Below are positions 33,196 through 41,798 of a stretch of DNA of 64,000 nucleotides, piece by piece. Location of the stretch: assembly GCA_045810105.1 (NCBI GenBank), contig JBJMWM010000026.1:27808-91807 (forward strand). The letters run 5' to 3'. Position 1 is the stretch's first letter. Each line of letters begins with the position of its first letter. The notes under the pieces were generated by a model. It was not told where the DNA came from and searched no databases. It worked only from the letters and a program-made list of their open reading frames with translations. Position numbers and translations under genes: made by a program. The DNA comes from Steroidobacteraceae bacterium (lineage in GTDB: Bacteria; Pseudomonadota; Gammaproteobacteria; Steroidobacterales; Steroidobacteraceae).

Positions 33196-34743
33196 GTGGT
33201 ACAGCCGCTCAAAACGGTCGTCATCGTCGGTGGAGGAACCGCCGGGTGGCTCACCGCAGGGCTCATCGCCGCCCGCCATCAGGCTCGGATGAAGGCGGGC
33301 GGCCTCTCTGTAACGCTGATTGAGTCACCGGACATCAAGATCATCGGCGTTGGGGAGGGTACGTGGCCGACGATGCGCGCATCCTTGGAGGGGATGGGCG
33401 TATCGGAAACTGCACTCTTCCGCGAGTGCGACGCGGCGTTCAAACAGGGAGGCAAATTCGCTGGCTGGACCACGGGGGCGGCGGATGATGCGTACTATCA
33501 TCCCTTGATGCTTCCGCAGGGATTCAGTCAGCTCAATCTCGTGCCGCATTGGATGCAGGAAGCGCGAAGCCGAAGCTTCTGCGACTTCGTTACACCGCAG
33601 GGTAAGCTGTGCGATGACGGGCTGGCTCCCAAGCTGATCACGAGCCCGGAATACCGGGCGCTCGCGAATTACTCCTATCATCTGGATGCAGGCAAATTCG
33701 CGCCCTTTCTCGCCACGCACTGTACGCAGAAGCTCGGTGTCCGCCATGTCCTGGCTGATGTCGTGCAGGTCAATCAGAGCGAGTCTGGCGATATCGAGAG
33801 CGTGCTCACGCCGCAGGCCGGTGAGATCTCGGGCGACTTGTTCATCGACTGCAGCGGCTTCTCCGCGCTGCTCATTGGCAAGACGCTCGGTGTCGGCTTC
33901 AAAGATTGTGGCGACATCCTCTTCTGCGATACGGCGCTCGCGGCCCAGGTTCCGTATGCGACGCCCGATGAGCCCATGGCATCTCAGACCCTCTCCACTG
34001 CACAGGAAGCCGGCTGGATCTGGGATATCTCTCTACCGACGCGACGCGGGGTCGGTTACGTGTATTCGAGCCGCCACTCGAGCGAGGCAGCTGCGCGTGA
34101 GACTTTGCAACGCTACATTGGACCGCAACATCGCGACCTGCCCGCTCGTAAAATCCCGATCCGTTCCGGCCATAGACAGACCTTCTGGAAAAACAACTGC
34201 ATCGCGGTCGGACTCGCAGGTGGTTTCCTCGAGCCGCTGGAGTCTTCCGCGATCGTATTGGTAGAGCTGTCGGCGAAGTTGATCGCCGAGCAGCTGCCCG
34301 CCAACCGGGAGATCATGGACATCGTGGCGCGGCGCTTCAATGACGTGACGATGTACCGGTGGGGCCGGATCATCGATTTCCTGAAGCTCCATTACGTTCT
34401 CACGCGGCGCACCGATACCGCGTTCTGGCGCGAAAATGTTGACCGTGCGAGCATTCCGGAACGGCTCCAGGAGCTGTTGAAGCTCTGGAAGTACCACCCG
34501 CCGTGGTTTTTCGATGAATTCGACCGGCTGGAAGAGGTTTTTCCGGCCGCCAGCTATCAATACGTGCTCTACGGAATGGGATTCGAGAGTGAGGCGCGGC
34601 CGCAGGATACAATCGATACCGAGCTGCTCGCAGCGCGGCTGCGGCAGGAGAATGAGCGGCAGACCTTCGAATTGCGCTCGCGGCTGCCCAGGAACCGCGA
34701 GCTGCTGAATAAGATCTACGAGTACGGGCTGCAGCCCGTTTGA
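33196..34743 (+). CDS. flavin-dependent tryptophan-halogenase-family protein 1
   Basis: GGGTAGW FAD motif, GVGEGT, and Lys in AAFKQGGKF (aligns with the PrnA Lys79 region). The WxWxIP-like motif is GWIWDIS (Pro replaced by Ser). GFLEPLESS is present. GTG start lies 2 nt after the receptor stop. Confidence 0.85.
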   Translation: MVQPLKTVVIVGGGTAGWLTAGLIAARHQARMKAGGLSVTLIESPDIKIIGVGEGTWPTMRASLEGMGVSETALFRECDAAFKQGGKFAGWTTGAADDAYYHPLMLPQGFSQLNLVPHWMQEARSRSFCDFVTPQGKLCDDGLAPKLITSPEYRALANYSYHLDAGKFAPFLATHCTQKLGVRHVLADVVQVNQSESGDIESVLTPQAGEISGDLFIDCSGFSALLIGKTLGVGFKDCGDILFCDTALAAQVPYATPDEPMASQTLSTAQEAGWIWDISLPTRRGVGYVYSSRHSSEAAARETLQRYIGPQHRDLPARKIPIRSGHRQTFWKNNCIAVGLAGGFLEPLESSAIVLVELSAKLIAEQLPANREIMDIVARRFNDVTMYRWGRIIDFLKLHYVLTRRTDTAFWRENVDRASIPERLQELLKLWKYHPPWFFDEFDRLEEVFPAASYQYVLYGMGFESEARPQDTIDTELLAARLRQENERQTFELRSRLPRNRELLNKIYEYGLQPV

Positions 34744-34757
34744 CCAGTTACGGGTCA

Positions 34758-34791
34758 CGACCCGTACGACCCGTACGACCCGTACGACCCG
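34758..34791. repeat. 9-bp tandem repeat CGACCCGTA x 3.8
   Basis: Read directly from the sequence. It lies between the halogenase stop (34743) and the sapC ATG (34800). It is in frame with TTG 34740, giving (RPV)n. Confidence 0.85.
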
Positions 34792-34799
34792 AGTGCACC

Positions 34800-35540
34800 A
34801 TGACGCAGATCGTTCCCCTCAACAAAAACACCCACCGCTCCTTGAAAGTCGACGGGCGCTCTTCGGCTGCCTACGGTGACAATCGGCGCTTCGTGCAGGT
34901 GATCGTCAAGGAATTTCCACAACTGCTGGTCCACTACCCGATTCTGTTCTCGAAGGACCCGAAGACGGGCCACTTCTACTGTGGCGCGATGCTGGGTTTT
35001 GACGAGGCCGAGAATCTTTTCCTCGACGAGTGGGCGGATCGCGATGTCTACCGTCCGCTCATGCTGCAGCGCGGTCCCTTCTACGCAAATGGCCCGGACC
35101 TCGCGATCGATCTCGACGATCCGCGGGTAGGCGTGGAAGGCGGTAAGACTCTCTTCACCGACCAGGGGGAGCCGAGCCGCTACCTGCAGAGCATCATCTG
35201 GGCCTTCCAGGATCTGAGCCCCGGCGTCGAAATGACGAAACTGTTCATCGAGCGGCTCCTGGAGCTGAAGCTCATCGAGCCCGTCGATGTCGAGGTGGAG
35301 TGTGACGATGGCACGATCCGCAGGTGTATCGGCCTCTACACGATCAACCAGGACGAGTTGATGAGGCTGCCCGATGCAGCCGTCGTGGAGCTTTTCAGGC
35401 GCGGATATCTGCGCCTGATCCATCACATGATCGCCTCGCTCAAGCAGGTTCGGGTGATGGCGCGGAAGAAGAACTCGCGGCTCCTGAGGGCAACCGAGGC
35501 TCTGGCGCGAACGCACGCGCCGGCGGCGGCCATCGGCTGA
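34800..35540 (+). CDS. SapC family protein
   Basis: MTQIVPLNKNTHRSLKV...FPQLLVHYPILFSKDPKTGHFYCGAMLGF is the SapC N-terminal pattern. The alternative TTG 34740 forms a TTGA overlap with the halogenase stop. Confidence 0.8.
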   Translation: MTQIVPLNKNTHRSLKVDGRSSAAYGDNRRFVQVIVKEFPQLLVHYPILFSKDPKTGHFYCGAMLGFDEAENLFLDEWADRDVYRPLMLQRGPFYANGPDLAIDLDDPRVGVEGGKTLFTDQGEPSRYLQSIIWAFQDLSPGVEMTKLFIERLLELKLIEPVDVEVECDDGTIRRCIGLYTINQDELMRLPDAAVVELFRRGYLRLIHHMIASLKQVRVMARKKNSRLLRATEALARTHAPAAAIG

Positions 35541-35569
35541 CGTCAGACGAACGCTCCGCGAGCCTCTGC

Positions 35570-36586
35570 ATGCCTCACGCACTCACTGAGATCGCCGCCC
35601 GCGATCTGGATGCGGCGCTTTTCCTGCAACAGGTCGTGCAGGCGTGTCGGCCGGTGGTCATCCGTGGATTGATTGACAACTGGCCGATCGTAAGCGCAGC
35701 GCGCGGCTCGCCGCGGGGGTTGAAGGACTATCTTGCGGCGTTCGACAACGGGGGGAATGTCGAAGTATTCTTCGGGGATCCCGAGATCCGTGGCCAGTAT
35801 TACTACAACCCCGGGCTGGACGGATTCAACTTCGAGCGGCGCATGATGAAGTTCATGGAGGCCATGGATTGCATCCTGGAAGCGCTGGATCATCCGGGTA
35901 CGCGGTCGGTTTATGTTGGCTCCGTACCTACCGGCGATTGCCTGCCGGGTTTCGCCGCCGGCAATCCCGTGCCCTTCGCCGCTTCCGCAGCTGGCGCGCG
36001 GATCTGGCTCGGAACTGCCTCGAACGTCTCGAGCCACTACGATACTTTCGATAACCTCGCCTGTGTCGTTGCCGGGCGGCGCCGATTCACGCTCTACGCT
36101 CCCGAGCTCATCAGCAGCCTCTATATAGGCCCCCTCGACAACACCATGTCCGGACCGCCGGTCAGCCTGGCCGCTTCGGCATCGGCGGGCAGCAGCGACA
36201 AGTTCCCGCTGTTCGAGCAGATCCGTGACCAGGCGCTGCGGGTGGAGCTCGAGGCCGGGGACGCCCTGTACCTGCCGAAGCTGTGGTGGCATCAAGTTGA
36301 GTCGCTCGCTGACTTCAACGGGCTCGTCAACTACTGGTGGGATGCATTCAGCGCCGGCCCGGATGCTCCTTACACCGCCCTCCTCCTCAGCATGATCACC
36401 ATTGCAGAGCGGCCGCCTGCCGAGCGGCGGGCATGGAAGGCTTTCTTCGATCACTATGTTTTTCGTACTGCCGGCCATCCGCTTGCGCATCTGCCTCCCG
36501 AGCACCATGGGCTGCTTGGGCCCCTCAAACCAGACAACTACTCGAAAATCCGCGCGCGCATCCTGCGTATGTTGAGGGCGCTGTAG
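35570..36586 (+). CDS. cupin-like JmjC-type (Cupin_8) 2OG oxygenase family protein
   Basis: HxD is seen in SSHYDTFDN and the distal His in LWWHQVESL. The ORF-track extension upstream overlaps sapC, so ATG 35570 was chosen. Confidence 0.8.
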   Translation: MPHALTEIAARDLDAALFLQQVVQACRPVVIRGLIDNWPIVSAARGSPRGLKDYLAAFDNGGNVEVFFGDPEIRGQYYYNPGLDGFNFERRMMKFMEAMDCILEALDHPGTRSVYVGSVPTGDCLPGFAAGNPVPFAASAAGARIWLGTASNVSSHYDTFDNLACVVAGRRRFTLYAPELISSLYIGPLDNTMSGPPVSLAASASAGSSDKFPLFEQIRDQALRVELEAGDALYLPKLWWHQVESLADFNGLVNYWWDAFSAGPDAPYTALLLSMITIAERPPAERRAWKAFFDHYVFRTAGHPLAHLPPEHHGLLGPLKPDNYSKIRARILRMLRAL

Positions 36587-36605
36587 GCTAAGGACGAGCC
36601 ACGTC

Positions 36606-38819
36606 ATGTTGACAGGTCAGATGTTCGAGGCTGCCATGCTCCACCACCGCGGTGGACGTCTGAGGGAGGCCGAGCGTCTCTATCGGCTAATCCTGGAGGC
36701 AGACTCCAACCATGCCGAGGCATTGCACATGCTCGGCGTGCTCGCTTATCAGACCGGTCAACAGCAACTCGCAATCGAGATGATCAGCCGCGCGATCGCC
36801 CGGAACGGGCAGATGCCCGCCTTTCACAACAACCTGGGCAATGTATACGCAGCTGCCGGCAATTGGCAGGATGCGGAAACCTCGTTCCGACGGGCCTTGG
36901 ATCGAAAGCCGGATTACGCCGAGGCTCACTACAACCTGGGGAATGCCCTGCAGGCCCAGAACAATCTCGAGGCTGCGGCAGCCGCGTATCAGCACGCTCT
37001 GCGGCTTCGGCCAAACCATGCCGAGACCTGCCTCAACCTCAGCAACGTTCTGCAAGCGCAGGGCAAGTTGGAGGAAGCGCTCGAAGCCTCTCAGCGGGCG
37101 ATTGCCTTGAAGCCGGATCTGGCCGCCGCGCACAATAATCTGGGCAACATCCTGGCAGCGCAGAACCGCTTCGAAGCTGCGGTGGCTGCATACTCCCGAG
37201 CGCTCACCCTGAGGCCCAACCTCGCGGAAGCGCATCACAATCGGGGGCTCGCCCTGTTGAACGCGGGACGGGCAGACGAAGCGGCGGTGTCGTGCCGGCA
37301 AGCCGTGTCGCATAAGCCGGATTACATCGCAGCCTACATCACTCTCGGGCATGCCCTGACACAGAGCGCAGATACTGAAGAAGCTTTACGGTGCTATCAA
37401 CGCGCCATCACTCTCGATCCAAACTGTGGGGAGGCCATGTGGGGGTGTGCGGTTGCGCCAATTCCGATCGTCTGTGGCAGCGTCGTTGAGAGCAAGGCGG
37501 CAGCGGAAACATTTGGTCGCCACCTGGACACATTGGTGCAGTGGAGTGGCGCGCACCCGGGAAAACTCGGCGAAGCCGTCGGCCGGGTTCAGCCGTTCTA
37601 TCTCGCATACCGGCCATCCGATGCGACGGCCGTCCTGTCCCGCTACGGGGACCTGGCAAGTACCGAAGGCACCGCCTATTGGAAGCCGCCGGCAGTAGCC
37701 GATCGAGGGTCTCGACCGGATCGGGACCGCATCCGCATAGCGGTAGTGAGTGGGCACGTGAGGCAGCGCCATCCTGTCTGGGAAATCATACTGCGTGGGC
37801 TGATTGCGCACCTGGATCCACAGCAATTCGAGGTGGTTCTGTATCACACGGGTGCGGCTGTCGATGAGGAGACCAACTGGGCCCGCGGGCAAGTCGCACG
37901 CTTCGTGCAGGGCCCCAAACCAGTGAAGGTTTGGCTGGCCGAGATCGTCCACGGGCAACCCGATGTGATCTTTTATCCCGAGCTGGGAATGGATCCAAAC
38001 ACCGGTACCCTGGCCGCTTTGCGGCTGGCCCCTCTGCAGATCGCAGGCTGGGGACACCCGATCACGACCGGGCTACCGAGCATCGACTGGTTTCTGTCTG
38101 CCGAGCTCCTCGAGAGTCCGCAGGCTGAGCAACACTACCGAGAGAGACTCGTACGCTTGCCCGGAACGGGCGTGTACACCGAATTTCGCGCACAGCAGAC
38201 CGAGAGTTGGGATGGCCCCGAGCGGCGCAAAGACTTTGTCCGCTTCGCGTTGTGCCAGCAGCCTGCCAAATTCGATCCGGGGGACGATGTGCTCCTCGCG
38301 CGCCTTGCGAAGGCTGTCGGAGCCGCTGAATTCTGGCTGGCGACACCGAGGAACATGCCATGGACCGCTGCGAAGCTCCGCGAGCGGCTTTCGCTCGCTT
38401 TCCGAGCTGAGGGCCTCGATCCGGAGGCGTACCTGCATACAACACCCTGGTTGCCCCGCCAGCAGTTCCTGAGCTTCCTCGAGGAAATGGACATTTATCT
38501 GGATTGCCCCGCTTTCTCCGGCTACACGACAGCCTGGCAGGCGCTCCATTGCGGTCTGCCGATCGTTACACTCGAGGGGCAGTACCTTCGTCAACGGCTC
38601 TCAGCAGGTTTGTTGAGGCAGGTCGGGACAACCGACGGCATCGCTTCCTCCCGCGAGCAGTACTCAGCGACGGCGATTGGTTGGGCGAACGAATGTCGGG
38701 ACGCCGAGCGCTGGGCTGCGCGCCGCGCCGAGCTTCGTCGCGCAGCGGCACGGGCCGACGGAAACGCTGCCGCGATCCGCGTGTTCGAGCAGCGACTACG
38801 GGAAGCGTTTCAGCGCTAA
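36606..38819 (+). CDS. TPR-repeat protein with C-terminal SPINDLY/OGT-like (GT41) glycosyltransferase domain
   Basis: About seven TPR units (AEAHYNLGNALQAQ, AETCLNLSNVLQAQ, AAAHNNLGNILAAQ ...). The C-terminal RIRIAVVSGHVRQRHPVWEIILRGLIAHLDPQQFEVVLY is typical of the GT41 catalytic half. Confidence 0.8.
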   Translation: MLTGQMFEAAMLHHRGGRLREAERLYRLILEADSNHAEALHMLGVLAYQTGQQQLAIEMISRAIARNGQMPAFHNNLGNVYAAAGNWQDAETSFRRALDRKPDYAEAHYNLGNALQAQNNLEAAAAAYQHALRLRPNHAETCLNLSNVLQAQGKLEEALEASQRAIALKPDLAAAHNNLGNILAAQNRFEAAVAAYSRALTLRPNLAEAHHNRGLALLNAGRADEAAVSCRQAVSHKPDYIAAYITLGHALTQSADTEEALRCYQRAITLDPNCGEAMWGCAVAPIPIVCGSVVESKAAAETFGRHLDTLVQWSGAHPGKLGEAVGRVQPFYLAYRPSDATAVLSRYGDLASTEGTAYWKPPAVADRGSRPDRDRIRIAVVSGHVRQRHPVWEIILRGLIAHLDPQQFEVVLYHTGAAVDEETNWARGQVARFVQGPKPVKVWLAEIVHGQPDVIFYPELGMDPNTGTLAALRLAPLQIAGWGHPITTGLPSIDWFLSAELLESPQAEQHYRERLVRLPGTGVYTEFRAQQTESWDGPERRKDFVRFALCQQPAKFDPGDDVLLARLAKAVGAAEFWLATPRNMPWTAAKLRERLSLAFRAEGLDPEAYLHTTPWLPRQQFLSFLEEMDIYLDCPAFSGYTTAWQALHCGLPIVTLEGQYLRQRLSAGLLRQVGTTDGIASSREQYSATAIGWANECRDAERWAARRAELRRAAARADGNAAAIRVFEQRLREAFQR

Positions 38820-38854
38820 CAGTCCGTCGGACTTGCGCATGCGCCGCCGGCGCA

Positions 38855-38882
38855 GCCGGCAAAAACCACGCTTTTTGCCGGC
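38855..38882. other. perfect 11-bp-stem hairpin GCCGGCAAAAA-(6)-TTTTTGCCGGC
   Basis: Read directly from the convergent intergenic region. No flanking T-run was seen, so a terminator function is uncertain. Confidence 0.4.
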
Positions 38883-38901
38883 GACCTACGAAGTGATGTC
38901 C

Positions 38902-38926
38902 GAAAAACGGCTGCAAGCCGTTTTTC
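38902..38926. terminator. bidirectional intrinsic terminator GAAAAACGGCT-gca-AGCCGTTTTTC
   Basis: A GC core stem is flanked by A5 on one side and T5 on the other. It lies between the convergent TPR-GT41 and halogenase-2 genes. Confidence 0.65.
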
Positions 38927-38933
38927 TAATCGA

Positions 38934-40463
38934 CTAGAGTGCAGGAAGCCCATGCGGTTCTTGAGGTGCTGCGCAGTGCTGGGCTATGAAAGCCTCATGC
39001 AATGGCATGTCGGCAGCACACTTGGCAACGACGTCTCGTATATTGTCGAGCGCTCTCTGACCCCGTTCGAAGGTCAACGCGTCAGCCCTCGGGTCGTAGC
39101 CTTCGGGGCGCACATCCTGACCTACGAACAGGTACAGCCAGCTCTGCACGTTGAATAGCTCGTTCTCATCGCGCACGATGCGGCCGTAGCTGCGGAAGAG
39201 ATCCAGGCGCTCCCTGAGGCTGTCGGGCAGCTCCATGTTGCGGCAGTAGCGCCAGAACTCGCCCTCGCGCTCCGTCTTGTTGTAGTGGACTATCAGGAAA
39301 TCGCGGATGCGCTCGTACTCGAAGGCAAGCTGCCGGTTGTAACGATCGATGTCCGGTTGACTGAACCGGCGGTCCGGAAAGAATTGCCAAAGCAGCGCGA
39401 TGCCGCGCTGGATCAGGTAAATACCACTCGATTCGAGCGGCTCGAGAAATCCCGCGGCAAGCCCGATCGCGACGCAGTTCTTGTTCCAGCTCAGCCGCCG
39501 CCGTCCCGTCGTAAATCGCAGCGGCAGTGGATCGCGCAACGCGCGGCCCTCGAGGCTCGACATCAGCTTCTGCTGCGCCTCATCGTCCTGGACGAAGCTA
39601 CTGCAATACACATACCCGTTACCCACCCGGTGCTGCAGAGGAATTCGCCATTGCCAGCCGACATCACGCGCAGTAGCGAGGGTGTGCGAGGAAAACGGGC
39701 CAGTCCGTTCGCATGGGACCGCTACAGCACGGTCACACGGCAACCACCGCGTCCAGTCCTCGTATCCGGTCTTCAGCGCCCCTTCGATCAGGACACCGCG
39801 GAAGCCGGTACAGTCGACAAAGAGATCAGCCTCGATCTGCTCGCCACTCTCGAGCGTGAGTGACGCGATGAAGCCGTCCTCGGGCCTGAGGGTAACGCCT
39901 TGGAGTTTGCCCTCCGTCCGGATAACGCCGCGCGCTTCTGCGTAGGTCCGCAGGTAAGCCGTCAAGAGCGAGGCGTCCAGATGCAAGGCATAGGTGATGG
40001 TCTCAACGGGCGACTTCGGGACTTTGATCGGTCGCATGAAGCGTCCCTGACGAGCCGCCACGGCCTGCAACGAATACTCTTCGAGCGGGCTCGCCCGGCC
40101 GCGCTCGCGGTGTTTGAACCAGTAGGCAGAGAATTCCACTCCCCCCTGAGGCAAACCCGTTGGGCCGAAGGGGTGGATGTAGGAGTGCCCGGGCCGCGTC
40201 CAATCCTTGAATTCGATGCCGAGCTTGAAGCTTGCCTGGGTCTTGCGGATCAGCTCATTCTCGTCGATGCCGAGCAGCCTGATGGCATCGATGATAGGCG
40301 GGATCGTTGCCTCACCCACCCCGATGGTACCAATTTCGGCCGACTCGATCAGACGGATGCCGCATTCCGTGCCCTCGAGGAATTTGGCCAGTATGGCAGC
40401 CGTCATCCACCCGGCTGTGCCCCCGCCGACGATGGCGATGCTGCGGATTCGATCGAGGGGCAC
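38934..40463 (-). CDS. flavin-dependent tryptophan-halogenase-family protein 2
   Basis: GGGTAGW, GVGEATIP, Lys in ASFKLGIEF, canonical WxWxIP as GWQWRIPL, and GFLEPLESS. GTG start. Confidence 0.85.
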   Translation of the reverse strand: MPLDRIRSIAIVGGGTAGWMTAAILAKFLEGTECGIRLIESAEIGTIGVGEATIPPIIDAIRLLGIDENELIRKTQASFKLGIEFKDWTRPGHSYIHPFGPTGLPQGGVEFSAYWFKHRERGRASPLEEYSLQAVAARQGRFMRPIKVPKSPVETITYALHLDASLLTAYLRTYAEARGVIRTEGKLQGVTLRPEDGFIASLTLESGEQIEADLFVDCTGFRGVLIEGALKTGYEDWTRWLPCDRAVAVPCERTGPFSSHTLATARDVGWQWRIPLQHRVGNGYVYCSSFVQDDEAQQKLMSSLEGRALRDPLPLRFTTGRRRLSWNKNCVAIGLAAGFLEPLESSGIYLIQRGIALLWQFFPDRRFSQPDIDRYNRQLAFEYERIRDFLIVHYNKTEREGEFWRYCRNMELPDSLRERLDLFRSYGRIVRDENELFNVQSWLYLFVGQDVRPEGYDPRADALTFERGQRALDNIRDVVAKCAADMPLHEAFIAQHCAAPQEPHGLPAL

Positions 40464-40481
40464 GGCCGGAAGACCGGGACG

Positions 40482-41798
40482 TCAGTAACGGCAGTGCCGC
40501 GCGATCAGGCTCTCGGCCAACTCCTGTTTACCGGAACGCGGCGCAGGATCGAGCCCCTTGTCGGTAGCCAGATCCGCCAGGCTGGCAAGATTCAGCTCCC
40601 CGCCCAGGATTCGCTTACCGAGCTCGCCACTCCAACCCTGATAGCGCTCCTGCTTCAGCCGCTGCAATGCGCCGTCCGTGACGATATCGGCCGCTGCCAG
40701 CAAGGCCCGTGAGATCGTATCGATACCGCCGATGTGAGCGAGGTACAGGTCGGCGGGATCCACGGACTGGCGGCGCAGCTTGGCATCGAAGTTGAATCCG
40801 CCGGTGGTGAAGCCCTGGTCCTCGACCAGCTGCACCAGCGCGGGCGCCAGCTCCTGCGCATTGTTGGGGAACTGGTCCGTGTCCCAGCCATTGCGCGGAT
40901 CGCCGCGGTTGATGTCGATTGAGCCGAAGATGCCGTAGGCGCGCGCCGCGGCGATCTCATGCTCGAAATCCAGGCCCGCAAGTGTTGCGTGGTTGACCTC
41001 GATGTTGACCTTTACCTCCTTCGTCAGCCCATAGCGCTGCAGGAAGGCAAACACGGCGGCCACGTCATGATCGTACTGGTGCTTGGTGGGCTCGAAGGGC
41101 TTCGGCTCGATGAGAATGGTGCCTTTGAAGCCGATCTTGTGTTTGTGCTCCACCACCAGCGAGAGAAACCGGCCGTATTGATCCAGCTCGCGGCGCAGGT
41201 CGGTATTCAACAGCGAGTCGTAGCCTTCGCGGCCGCCCCACAACACGTAGTTCTGGCCACCCAGGCGGTGCGTGGCCTCCAGGCAGCAGCGCACTTGCGC
41301 CGCGGCCCAGGCGTAGACCTCCGGATCGGGGCTGGTGGCAGCGCCGCCGGCATAGCGCGGGTGACTGAACAGGTTGGCCGTACCCCACAGGAGCTTCACC
41401 CCGGTAGCGGCCATCTTCTGCGCCATGCCCGCTTCGATCGTCTTCAGGTTCCTGTCGTGCTCTTTGAGCGTGGCCGCGGTGGCCATGGCATCCACATCAT
41501 GGAAGGTGAAATATGGCACCCCGAGGCGCTTGAAGAAGTCGAACGCGGCTTCGAGCTTGCTGTCCGCCATGGCCTGGGTGACCGGTGTGCCGATCCAGGG
41601 CCGGTTCAGCGTTCCGCCGCCAAAGATATCCGCACCCGGCCAGTTGAAGGAGTGCCAGTAGCACACGGCGACTTTCAGCCACTCCTCCATGCGCTTGCCA
41701 AGGACCACGCGGTCCTTGTCATACACACGGTACGCAAACTCGTTCTTCGTGCTGGGTCCTTCGAAGCGAACGGGCTCAACACTTGAAAACAAACTCAT
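40482..41798 (-). CDS. xylA: xylose isomerase
   Basis: 438 aa. FEGPSTKNEFAYRVYDKDRVVLGKRMEEWLKVAVCYWHSF and FHD/WGGREGY motifs. Confidence 0.95.
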   Translation of the reverse strand: MSLFSSVEPVRFEGPSTKNEFAYRVYDKDRVVLGKRMEEWLKVAVCYWHSFNWPGADIFGGGTLNRPWIGTPVTQAMADSKLEAAFDFFKRLGVPYFTFHDVDAMATAATLKEHDRNLKTIEAGMAQKMAATGVKLLWGTANLFSHPRYAGGAATSPDPEVYAWAAAQVRCCLEATHRLGGQNYVLWGGREGYDSLLNTDLRRELDQYGRFLSLVVEHKHKIGFKGTILIEPKPFEPTKHQYDHDVAAVFAFLQRYGLTKEVKVNIEVNHATLAGLDFEHEIAAARAYGIFGSIDINRGDPRNGWDTDQFPNNAQELAPALVQLVEDQGFTTGGFNFDAKLRRQSVDPADLYLAHIGGIDTISRALLAAADIVTDGALQRLKQERYQGWSGELGKRILGGELNLASLADLATDKGLDPAPRSGKQELAESLIARHCRY

